From Thermoanaerobaculia bacterium (GTDB lineage Bacteria; Acidobacteriota; Thermoanaerobaculia; Gp7-AA8), in contig JAENWF010000164.1 in assembly GCA_016650215.1 (NCBI GenBank), forward strand, positions 1-47,454: a stretch of DNA of 47,454 nucleotides. The letters run 5' to 3'. Each line of letters starts with the position of its first letter. Position 1 is the first letter of the stretch. Positions 25,211 through 35,300 of this stretch are shown one piece after another. Both the position numbers and the translations under genes were made by a program. The notes beneath the pieces are model-generated. The model was given only the letters and a program-made list of their open reading frames with translations, was not told the DNA's origin and did not search any database.

Positions 25211-25459
25211 TCCCTTCCTCCTTTTGGCTGTTATTAGTATTGCGAGAGAGATGCCACTTTCGCGGTAAGATCCGCACGGGAGAACACCATGGACGCGCCT
25301 GTAGAAGAGCAAAAAAAGAGAGGCTTCTGGGATGGCGGGTCGGGTGGGCACAGCTCCAACAAAGAATCCTCCGGCCGACCCAGTGGTTTCCCCGGCCCCC
25401 GCAAACCTTCCCGCACCGGCATCAACACCGACCTCGAGTTCCCCCCACCCGAAGATGAT

Positions 25460-25665
25460 GGGGTCAGGTCTTGAAATTTGCTTTTTGACGGTCAGGAAAA
25501 GCAAAAATCAAGACCTGACCCTGGCCTCTGTTGTTCTCCACGGGGTGTGGAAAAAACCACCTCGGAATGGAGAATCGGACGCGCAGAACTCTACCGGAAG
25601 GCGGGGTCAGGTCTTGATTTTTGCTTTTTCACAGTCGGGAAAAGCAAAAATCAAGACCTGACCCC
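25460..25665. repeat. Composite double-hairpin element, copy 2 (inverted relative to copy 1)
   Basis: Hairpins at 25460-25521 and 25603-25665 carry the same 22-nt arms as copy 1. The spacer matches the reverse complement of the copy 1 spacer (CTCCAC-n4/5-GTGGAAA and CAGAACT..CCG.AA blocks). Confidence 0.9.
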
Positions 25666-25668
25666 GTT

Positions 25669-26442
25669 TTACAACCCGATGATGTTGTAGCCGCAGTCGA
25701 CGAACATGACTTCGCCGGTGATGCCGGAGCTCATGCTGGAGATCAGGAAGAGGCCGGCGTTGCCGATTTCTTCGAGCTCGACGCTGCGGCGGAGCGGCGC
25801 GCGTTCGGCGTGATGCTTCAGCATCTCGGTGAAGCCCTTGATTCCGCGCGCGGCGAGAGTGTTGACCGGACCCGCGGAGATTGCGTTGACGCGGATGTTC
25901 TGGGGGCCGAGGTTCGCCGCGAGGTAGCGGACGCTCGCCTCGAGCGATGCTTTTGCAACGCCCATCAGGTTATAGCCCTCGACTACTTTCTCAGCGCCGT
26001 AATACGTGAGCGCGAGAACGGATCCGCCGCCGTTCTGCAACATGAGGGGCATCGCGGCGCGGCTCAGCGCGACGAGTGAGTATGAGGAGATGTCGTGTGC
26101 GAGCTTGAAACCGTCACGCGAAGTTTTAACGAACTCGTTCTCGAGATCCTCGCGCGGCGCGAACGCAACAGAATGCACGAGCGCATCGAGGCGGCCGAAC
26201 TGCTTGCCGACCTCGCCGAACACTGCGTCGATCTCCGCGTCATTCGTCACGTCGCACGCGAGGAGCAGCGATCCGGGAATCGTCGAGCTGAGACTCTCGA
26301 CCCCTTCCTTCAGCCGCTCGCCCTGGTAGGTGAACGCGAGGCGCATCCCTTCCCGCGCCAATGACTGCGCGATCGCCCATGCGATCGAACGTTTGTTCGC
26401 CACACCGAATATGATTCCTGTCCTGCCTTCGAGAAGCGGCAT
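25669..26442 (-). CDS. fabI: Enoyl-[acyl-carrier-protein] reductase (NADH), FabI
   Basis: GIIFGVANKRSIAWAIA is a typical FabI N-terminus. The Y-x6-K segment reads YNLMGVAKASLEA. 257 aa. Confidence 0.92.
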   Translation of the reverse strand: MPLLEGRTGIIFGVANKRSIAWAIAQSLAREGMRLAFTYQGERLKEGVESLSSTIPGSLLLACDVTNDAEIDAVFGEVGKQFGRLDALVHSVAFAPREDLENEFVKTSRDGFKLAHDISSYSLVALSRAAMPLMLQNGGGSVLALTYYGAEKVVEGYNLMGVAKASLEASVRYLAANLGPQNIRVNAISAGPVNTLAARGIKGFTEMLKHHAERAPLRRSVELEEIGNAGLFLISSMSSGITGEVMFVDCGYNIIGL

Positions 26443-26487
26443 CGTCTATTGCTCCTTGCGAGGGCGCCATCATAAATCGAGGAAACG

Positions 26488-28593
26488 ATGAAAAGAATCT
26501 CACTTCTGCTCTGTCTCATTCTGGCTGCGGGAACCGCTTCCGCGCAGAAGCGGGCCTTTACGATCGAAGACCTCTATCGCGTCAAGTCTGCGAGCGAGCT
26601 GACGCTCGCGGCCGACGGCCGGACTGCCGCCTTCACGCTGACCTCGTACGATCTTCCTCGGGCGAAGAAAACATCACGGATCTGGACCGCTGCCTCGGAC
26701 GGCCAGCGCGTCCGCGCGATCACGCAGGGCGAGAAAGACTCGACCCCGCTCTTCTCGCCTGACGGGAAGTCTCTCGCGTTCATCCGCGAAAAAGACGGCC
26801 TCGCGAACCTCTGGCTCCTTCCGATGAGTGGCGGCGAGCCACGGCAGCTCACTTCGATCTCGACGGGTCTGTGGGATCCGGTCTGGTCGCCCGACAGCCG
26901 TTTCATCGCGTTCGTGACCGACGTCTACCCGGAGTGCGGCGGCGACGATGCCTGCAGCAAGAAGATCTCCGACACGCGCGGCGAGGGGAAACTCAAAGCG
27001 CACATGTCGGACGAGCTTCTCTATCGCCACTGGAACGCCTGGCGCGACGGGATGATCTCGCACACCTGGCTCATCGACGTCGAATCGGGCGAGACGCGCG
27101 ACGTGACGCCGGGACGCAATGACTTTCCGCCGTTCCAACTCGGCGGCGCGCCGCAGTACGACGTCTCACCCGATGCCTCGGAGCTGGTGATTTCTGCCAA
27201 TCCCGATGCGAAGCGCGCGTCGTCGACGAACAACGATCTGTATCTCATCCCGTTGAAGGCTTCGGGCGAGCCGCGCAACATAACGGCTGCGAATCCGGCG
27301 TACGACAGCAGTCCGAAGTATTCGCCGGACGGGCGCTACATCGCCTACCGGACGCAGCGCGATCCCGGATACGAGTCGAGCCATGTCTTCCTCGCGCTCT
27401 ACGATCGCCGCGCGGGAACGACGCGCACGGTCTCGACCGCCTTCAACAACTGGGTCGATGACTTCCGCTGGTCTGCCGACTCGAAGTCGATCTTCTTCAC
27501 AGGTCCGGTCGAGGGGCGCACGCCGATCTATCGTTACGATCTCGCCTCGCAGTCGATCGCTCCGGTTGTCGACGACCGGCAGATCGACGACTTCGAGATC
27601 GCGCCCGACGGGAAGTCGATCATCTACATCGGACGCTCCGTCGGCGAGCCGACAGAGCTGTTCAGGCTCGCACTCGGCGTGCCCGCTCGCGGCGCGTCAG
27701 CTGCCCGTATGCCGCTCACGCGCCTGAACGAGACTCTCGCAAAAGAGGTCGACATCCGCCCCGCGGAGGTCATGTGGGTGACGGGAGCAAATGGCGCGCG
27801 GGTGCAGGTGTTCATCGTGAAGCCGCACGGATTCGATCCGGCGAAGAAGTATCCGCTGATCCTCAACGTTCACGGCGGGCCGCAGCAGCAGTGGACCGAT
27901 GCCTTCCGCGGCGACTGGCAGGTTTATCCGGGCGCCGGCTACGTAGTCGCGTTCCCGAACCCTCACGGCTCGACCGGTTTCGGCCAGGAGTTTACCGCCG
28001 CCATCTCAGGTGACTGGGGTGGGCGTCCATACGAGGACGTCATGCGCGTGACCGACGCGCTCGAGAAACTTCCGTACGTCGACCGCGATCGCATCGGTGC
28101 GATGGGGTGGTCGTACGGCGGCTACATGATGAACTGGATCGCCGGCCACACCGACCGCTACAAGGCGCTCGCGTCGATGATGGGCATTTTCGATCTCCGC
28201 TCGTTCTACTACTCGACCGAGGAACTCTGGTTCCCGGAATGGGATCTTCGCGGCGCGCCGTGGGAGTCGGATCAGTACGAGAAGTGGTCGCCATCGAACT
28301 TCGTCAAGAATTTCAAGACTCCAACGCTCGTCATCACCGGGCAGATCGACTTTCGCGTCCCATACTCGCAGAGCGTGATGATGTTCACCGCGCTGCAGAA
28401 GATGAACGTGCCGTCACGGCTCATCATCTTCCCTGAAGCAGGTCACTGGCCGGCGTGGAACGAGATGGCGTTCTACTACACCGCGCACCTCGACTGGTTT
28501 CACAAGTACCTCGGCGGAAGTGCCTCGCCATGGACACCGGACGACTACCTGCGAAATCAGGTGTTCGATGTTTCGGCGGGCAAGCGGAGGTGA
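26488..28593 (+). CDS. S9-family serine peptidase (prolyl oligopeptidase/DPP type) with N-terminal TolB-like propeller
   Basis: Signal peptide MKRISLLLCLILAAGTASAQ is present. SPDG+.IAF propeller repeats are followed by a C-terminal alpha/beta hydrolase domain with the GWSYGGY nucleophile elbow. Confidence 0.9.
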   Translation: MKRISLLLCLILAAGTASAQKRAFTIEDLYRVKSASELTLAADGRTAAFTLTSYDLPRAKKTSRIWTAASDGQRVRAITQGEKDSTPLFSPDGKSLAFIREKDGLANLWLLPMSGGEPRQLTSISTGLWDPVWSPDSRFIAFVTDVYPECGGDDACSKKISDTRGEGKLKAHMSDELLYRHWNAWRDGMISHTWLIDVESGETRDVTPGRNDFPPFQLGGAPQYDVSPDASELVISANPDAKRASSTNNDLYLIPLKASGEPRNITAANPAYDSSPKYSPDGRYIAYRTQRDPGYESSHVFLALYDRRAGTTRTVSTAFNNWVDDFRWSADSKSIFFTGPVEGRTPIYRYDLASQSIAPVVDDRQIDDFEIAPDGKSIIYIGRSVGEPTELFRLALGVPARGASAARMPLTRLNETLAKEVDIRPAEVMWVTGANGARVQVFIVKPHGFDPAKKYPLILNVHGGPQQQWTDAFRGDWQVYPGAGYVVAFPNPHGSTGFGQEFTAAISGDWGGRPYEDVMRVTDALEKLPYVDRDRIGAMGWSYGGYMMNWIAGHTDRYKALASMMGIFDLRSFYYSTEELWFPEWDLRGAPWESDQYEKWSPSNFVKNFKTPTLVITGQIDFRVPYSQSVMMFTALQKMNVPSRLIIFPEAGHWPAWNEMAFYYTAHLDWFHKYLGGSASPWTPDDYLRNQVFDVSAGKRR

Positions 28594-28898
28594 CGCTCGA
28601 CTTCGTCGTCCATGCGTCCGGCCATCATGAGGAACAGCATCCTGTAGTCTGCGGCGAGTGAATAGAACGGGTGGCCGAACGTCGCCGGCTTGTTGTGCTC
28701 GACGAAGAAGTGGGCGTACCAGGCGAACGCGTAGCCGATGATCGGTGCGAGAAGAAGCACCCATAGGTTCACCGCGAAGGCGACGGCGACGAGCGCGACC
28801 GCGAGCACCGAACCGATTGCGTGCAGCATACGGGTCCGCGGCCTCGCGTGCTGACGCACGTAGTACGGCCAGAAGTCTGCGAACGATTTGATGTGCAT
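28557..28898 (-). CDS. DUF962/Mpo1-like membrane protein
   Basis: Trimmed to Met17 (MHIKSFADFWPYYVRQH). FFVEHNKPATFGHPFYSLAADYRM is typical of the family. The 3' end overlaps the convergent peptidase gene by 37 nt. Confidence 0.7.
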   Translation of the reverse strand: MHIKSFADFWPYYVRQHARPRTRMLHAIGSVLAVALVAVAFAVNLWVLLLAPIIGYAFAWYAHFFVEHNKPATFGHPFYSLAADYRMLFLMMAGRMDDEVERHLRLPAETSNT

Positions 28899-28963
28899 CC
28901 GATACTGCGTGGCGCAGATTGTGGCATGAAGGTCGTGGCACTTCAATTGCTGCGGAGGCCGCT

Positions 28964-29206
28964 ATGGCTCAAGACATTGAATCCATGCTCAAGGATTTGT
29001 TCGGCGAGCCGCTCAGCCGCCTGACACAGTTTCAGTCGGAACAGGTCAAGAAGCTCACCTCCAAGCTCCAGGAGATCGCGCGTGAGGCAGTCAAGGACGA
29101 GCTGACGAAGCTCCACACAGATGTTGGCGACCTCCGCGCGCGAATCGCAAGGCTGGAAGCCGAACGCGCCGAAGCCGCCGCTGACAGCGTGCAACCGCTC
29201 GTATAG
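28964..29206 (+). CDS. Small coiled-coil protein (80 aa), unknown function
   Basis: ATG at 28964 with GGAGG upstream. The sequence is heptad-like and charged (QSEQVKKLTSKLQEIAREAVKDELTKLHTDVGDLRARIARLEAERAEA). Confidence 0.5.
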   Translation: MAQDIESMLKDLFGEPLSRLTQFQSEQVKKLTSKLQEIAREAVKDELTKLHTDVGDLRARIARLEAERAEAAADSVQPLV

Positions 29207-29216
29207 GTCAGCGCGC

Positions 29217-29299
29217 TTCAACATTCAACATTCAAAATTCAACATTCCCGTCTTCTCTGTGACTTGAAGCGAAATGTTGAATGTTGAATGTTGAATTTC
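29217..29299. repeat. CAACATT heptamer arrays forming a ~30-bp-stem hairpin between convergent genes
   Basis: TTCAACATTCAACATTCAAAATTCAACATTC (29217-29247) is complementary to GAAATGTTGAATGTTGAATGTTGAATTTC (29271-29299). Confidence 0.9.
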
Positions 29300-29318
29300 C
29301 TCGAGTCCTCAGCCCTCG

Positions 29319-32300
29319 TCAGTACGCATACCCCAGCGTGATCGACCAGCTAAACGGGCGGTCGTATGCGCGGCGGTCGAGGGGGACGCCGACGTCGAGG
29401 CGGATCGGGCCGACGGGGGAGAGGTAGCGCAATCCGGCTCCCGCGCCGTAGCGGAGGTCGCCGAAGCGGATGTTCGATCCGGCGAAGACGTTTCCGAGGT
29501 CGGCAAAAACCGCGCCGCCAAGACTGCTGAAGATCGGGAAGCGATACTCCGCGTTGAAGAGAAACATGCTGTTGCCTCCGAGCGGTGCGAGGCGAAACTC
29601 GCCCGCTCTTTCATCGAGGTCGAACAGCGTCGGCTCGCAGCCGGGCACATCGATGCTGTTGTCGGCGCAGAGATCGCCGAGGAGATCGAGCGGATACGCG
29701 CGATGCGAAGTGTCACCGCCGGCGGTGAATCGCTCCGAGAGCGGGACCACCGCATCGCCTCGCGGCTGAATCAGGCCGACGCGTCCTGAGAGCGCGATGA
29801 CGCTGCGCGTGCTGACCGGCAGATACCACGCTCCCTGGATGAACTCCTTGAGGAAGTTCGCCTTCGCCGAGAACAGCGGGAACGCGTACTCGATCGACGC
29901 GCTCGTGAAGAAGCCGCGATGTGGATCGAAGACGTCATCGCGCTTGTCCCAGAAGAATGTGGGCGTGACGCTCGAGATCTGGATGTTGAGGAACGAGCGG
30001 TCCCCGCCCGGATCGATCCGGTCCTGCTGTTCGCAGAGATCGCCTTCGAGACACTCGGAGATCTTGTACTGGTACTGCAGGGACCAGCGCGTACGATTGC
30101 GTGCGACGCGTGACGCCTCGATCGACGTGCCGCGCTGCAGAAGCCTCGTCTCTTTTCGCGTCGCGTCATCGGTCTGATAGATCGTCAATTGCACCGGTAC
30201 GTTGTAGCGGCCGATGAACGGCTCGCGATACGTGATGAACAACTCCTGCTCCTTCACGCCGCCGGCTGTGCCGACGCCCTCGAGCCCGAGGTAACGACCA
30301 GTTCCGAAGAGATTGCGGTGCGCGACGCCCGCGGCGATGCGGTATGAAGCATCGCGCTTCCCCTGCTGCGATGTGCTTCCCGCGCGGAATCCGATCGACC
30401 CGCTGACCGTGAGGTTGCGACCTTCCTCGACGTCGATCGTGATGTTGCGGTCGGAGACGGATGTCCCCGCCTGCTCGGGGCGGAGATCCGCGCGGGCGAA
30501 GATGCCGAGGCGGTAAAGATCGCGCTGGGCCTCGAGAATCGCGGTGTAGCTGAACGGCTCGCCCTTCTCGAGTCCGACCTTCCGCAGAATGACATCGGAG
30601 TCGGTATATGTGTTCCCGCGGACGGAGACCTCGCCCACTTTCACCCGCGGCCCTTCGCTGATGACGTAGTGAAGGCGCGCCGACTTTTTGTCCTCACTCA
30701 GGTCGACTTGATGAGAGATGTTGACCTCGGCGTTGCCCCGGCCGGCGTAAAACGTCTGCAGCGCGATGATGTCCTCGCGCAGCATCACGGGATTGAGCGG
30801 CACGCCCTCCTCGAGCTGGAGTTTCGGAAGAGCAGACGTCTTCACCTGTTCGATACCCTCGACGTTCACCTGCGTGAGGATCGTCTGCGGCCCCTCCGTG
30901 ATGGGGAAGGTGACAACGAGCGTGCCATCCGGATTCGTTTTCGGAATGGGTGACGCGACCACGGCTTCGGAGAAGCCTTGCAGGCGGTAGTGCGATTCGA
31001 GCGCGTCGCGGTCTGCCGTCAACTGCGCGCGCGTGACACCGGTGCGACGGCGCAAAAGCGATGAAATGAGCCGCTTGATGCCGCCGCGGGGATTCGTCGC
31101 CACGATCGGTTCCAGCTCCTTGTCGCGAATTTGAAGATTGCCGTCGAACTCCACGTCTGTGAGCTGGAAGCGCTGGCCGGGTTGTACGTTGAAGGTCGTG
31201 ATCCAGGTACTCGTGCCGCTGTCGAGACGGCTTTCGGTATCGACCGATGCGTTGAAGTGTCCGCGTTGCTGAAGTGAGGTAACGATGTTCTCCGCGGCGC
31301 GGTCGATCGCGTCCTCGCTGTACTCCTGATCGCCGCGGAACGGGAGCAACCGGCGCACCGAGCTTCGCGAAACGCCGGCGACATCGACTCGGACTTTCGG
31401 CCCGACGGTCGCGCGATAGCGGAGCGTGACCTGCTTCGAATTCTTGTCATAGGTGTGCCCGAGGAATTCGACATCGGCGCGACGATACGACTTGCTCGCG
31501 AGATAGTTCTGAATGCGATCGGCATCGCCTCTCGGCTCGGTGCTCTTGAACGTCCGGCCGGGCTTTCCGCGCACCCGTTTGAGCAGCTCCACCTCAGTGA
31601 AGGGAGTCAGGTCGCCTTCGATTTCGACTGTTGAGATCTTCGCGAGCGGACCTTGCTCGACGTGGAGAGTGATGTTCGCGAGATTGTCCGCGCGACGGAA
31701 TGAGGTTTCGGGATCGACAGTGGCCTCGAGATACCCTGCTTTTCGCAGTTCTTCCTGAATCGCGACTGCGCTGTCATCGACGGCGTTGAGCGAGAGGACC
31801 TCTCCGCGCCGCACGGTCGCCTTTCGTTCAGCCCGCCGCTTGCTCGATCCGGTGACCCCCGCGTACGCGATCTTGTCGATACGGTAGTTGAGCGAGAGCG
31901 TGAAGGTGACGATCGAGTCGCCGTTCCCGCTCGCGGTGGAATCGATGCGGATGTCGCGGAAGTTTCCTGTCGCGTGTAACGCCTTGACGGATTCCTGCAG
32001 CGCGCGTCGCGTCAGCATGTCACCCGTCTTGAACGTCACGTGTTCGGCCAGCACCGACGTGTCGAAGCCACCATCGGCGCGGAAACGAACTTCGCCGACG
32101 CGTGAGCCGGCAGGGACGGGCGCGACCGCGGTTGTCGCAGGTGCGGGAATGGCGTCGGCGGGCGCGACGGCATCCGCGATCTTCCCGAGCGCGAAAATCT
32201 CGTCGTTGCGACTTCCGCGTCCGCCCCACGTCCATCGTCCGTCATAGCGCCGGCGGAAGCGCGCGTCGACCCGGTACTCGTTCTGCTCGCCGTCGTGAGT

Positions 32301-35300
32301 GAGCTGCAGCGTCCAGTCGCGGGTCGCGAGCCATTCGATCACCTCGCGGCTGTCGTGGCTCGTCATGTTGTACACGACGAGCACGCGGACGTCATCGGAT
32401 ACGCGCTTCTCGAATGTGACCTTCGGCTGGGGACCGGAGGCGGTCGTATCGAGGAGGCCGGGGTCATATGTGAACGAGTCGGCGAACGGGAGGATTCTCG
32501 ATCCGAGCTGTGAGAAGAGACTCTGCATGATGAAGGACTGGCCGAGCAGACCCGCGCTCTGATTCGTTCCCTCGCCTTGCCGCGCCAGCCCGCCGAGGCC
32601 GAGAATCGAGAAGAGCGTGATGTCGCTCGCCGGCGGGTCGCTTGTGATCGACGGCGTGAGGTGCTCGATCGTGCCGGTGAGATTGATCGTGAGATCGACC
32701 GTTCCGCTTTCGAGCTCGGTGGAGATGCCGCCCGACACGCGTCCTTCGAGCGTGACGTCGAAGTACGGGTCGATGCGGAACGGGTTCTGAAAGTTGATGG
32801 TGCCGCGGACGAGACGGTAGTCGATGTTCTGGAACGTGACCGTGCCGCCTTCGTCGAGATCGACCGATCCGAGAATGACTGGATTCGCGAGCGTGCCGGT
32901 GAGGTCGAGATCGGCGGTTCCGGTCACCTTGGCAATGTTGTTCTCCACGGCGAGCGTGCCGGGGGCCGCGAGGTGGACGCGAAGGTCCACGCGGTCCTGC
33001 CATCCGGCCGGCACGATCGGTGTGATGCCGCGGCGCGACAGAATGATGTTGAGTACCGACTGCTGCAGATCGAAGTCCTTGAAGTAGAGCGCGCGTGTGA
33101 CGTCCACGTCGCCCTGCAGCGTCGCCCGCTCCAGATCGCCGTTGAGGAGCAGATTGAAGTTGCCCTCGACGGTGACGCCCTCGAAGTAGCGAAGCGTGAC
33201 GTCGGTCCCTTGCAGTGTGATGCGAGCGCGCTGCGGCTTGAATCCCTGGACCGCGATGAAGCCGCCGGCGACCACGGTCCCGCCGCCGAGCGTCGCTCGC
33301 ATCGAGTCTATGTCGATCCGGTCGCCGCGGAAGGTCAGCCGTCCGTTGATGTCGTCCAGGATCTGCGGGAAGCCGGCGAATCGCACCTGCGCGTTCTCAA
33401 GATCCGCCTTGCCGGTGATGACCGGCGCGTCGGTTGTGCCGCGTGCCGTGACTGCTACCTTGACGTGCCCGCTCGCGCGTGCGTCGGTGACGAATAGCTG
33501 AAGCAGGGCTGCCTCGATTCCGCCTTGAACATCGAGGTTCAATCGCTTGGCACCGGTGAGCTCCATGAAGCCGGTCACCGCGAAACCTCCATCGGCGTGT
33601 CGCAGTTCGAACGCGTCGAACGTGACTCGTCCGTTACGGAGACCGATTCGAAGCGGCTCGCGCGGCGAAAACTCGTGACCCGAAACGCTGAGGTTGAATA
33701 CCGGCACCGTCGCGTCGATGAGGAGTGCCTCAAACGGCGAGAGTTTGCCTCCGAGACGAAGATCCATGACGAGATTTCCGGAAGCGGGGATCGTCGCAGC
33801 TGCGGGTGAGAGCGCGATGACGCGCGCGATGTCGGCGATCGTGACCTTCACGAGTCCGTCGACCGCAAGCTCAGGACCGACAGCCCCTTCGCCTTCGATG
33901 GTGACGATGTCGGCAATCGAGCCGCGGACGATCAGGCGGCCATTGCGGATCGCGAGATAGATGGATGGCGGCGGCGTGCCGGCCGGAAGCGTGAGGCCGC
34001 GCAGCGTCGCTTCATTGAGCTTCGCCTCCAGTACCAGTTCGGGGTCGTCGAGCGATCCGGCGCCCGTCGAGCTGAGCGTGACATTGCCGCCGAGAAGTCC
34101 GCGGATTCCCTCGAGCAGCTTCAGCTTCGAGAGATCGATCGAGCTTGATGCAATCGTGTAACTGAAGCGGTCGGTCGCGAGGTCGAACTCGGCCTCGCCC
34201 TTGATCTCGCCGGCCGGGAACCTGACTGCGACGTTCGTCGCGCGCATCCGCCCTTCCGTGAACGCGATGTCCGCGGCCGCGGAGTCGATCGGCTCGCCGT
34301 AGATCGATCCATTCGCGATTGCGATCGAGCCCGCGCCGCCGAGCGCGCTCTTGGGGCCTTCCAGGTGGAGTGATCCGGTCAGATCGCCGTTAACGGGAAG
34401 CGTGCCGAGGTCGAGGAACGCAATGATGTCGGCGATCGGGAAAGCGCGCGCATCGATGTCGAGGTCGAAGCGAACGTTGCCTTCGCCGGGCAACCAGTTC
34501 ACATCGCCGGCGAGCTTGAGCTGCGACGTGCCGCGGTTGATCGTCAGTCCCGCAAACGTGACGCGGCCCGACTCGGGCGTGCCGGTGACGACGAGACGTC
34601 CAGTGCCCGTTCCGCCGCCGACCACGAAGTCGAGACCGACCGCCTTGATCGCGCGATCAACCGGATAGTTCGTCGCGTCCACCGCGATGTCGAAACGGGG
34701 CGACGGACCGCGATCGGGGAAGGCGACGGTCCCCGTCAGCGCGAGACGGCCTGCGCCATCGGTGAAGACTGCGCGATCAAACGTCAGCGTGCTGCGGGGT
34801 CCGTCGTAGCGGAGATCGATGTCGGCGCCGCCGAGAAGGATGTTGTTGTACTTCGTGCCGTTGCCGCTGACGTGCGCTGCGACCACCGGTGCTTCGATCG
34901 GTCCGCGAACGGTGCCGCTGATCTCGCCCGAACCGCCGAGACCGAGGAGCTCGAAGTCCTTCTTGCCTGCGGAGCGCGCGAAGTTGTAGGCAAGACGGTC
35001 GAGCTCCGAGAAATCGCGGCTCGCGATCCGCATGCTCAGATCGGTGACGGTTCCTTCGATGCGAAGCGTGCCGGTCAGGCTGACGTGCGAGGTGTCGGTG
35101 TCGAGCTCCGCGCTGCGGAACGTCACCACTCCGCGATCGAGACCGAAGCGTGTCGTGCCCGCGAGCGGGATCGGGTACTTCGCGTTCGAGAATGCGACGG
35201 TGTTCCTCGCGAGCCGCGCGTTGCCTTCTCCTGACCCATCGAGGATCTTGTCCTTGTTCCAGCGATAGGTGAGGTCGCCGGTCGCTGCACCGCGCAGCCC

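Noticed and set aside
25211-25459. Possible riboswitch or structured leader upstream of the small tail-anchored protein gene
   Set aside because: I could not recognise any known riboswitch consensus or a convincing promoter by eye. It is kept only as context in a low-interest finding.
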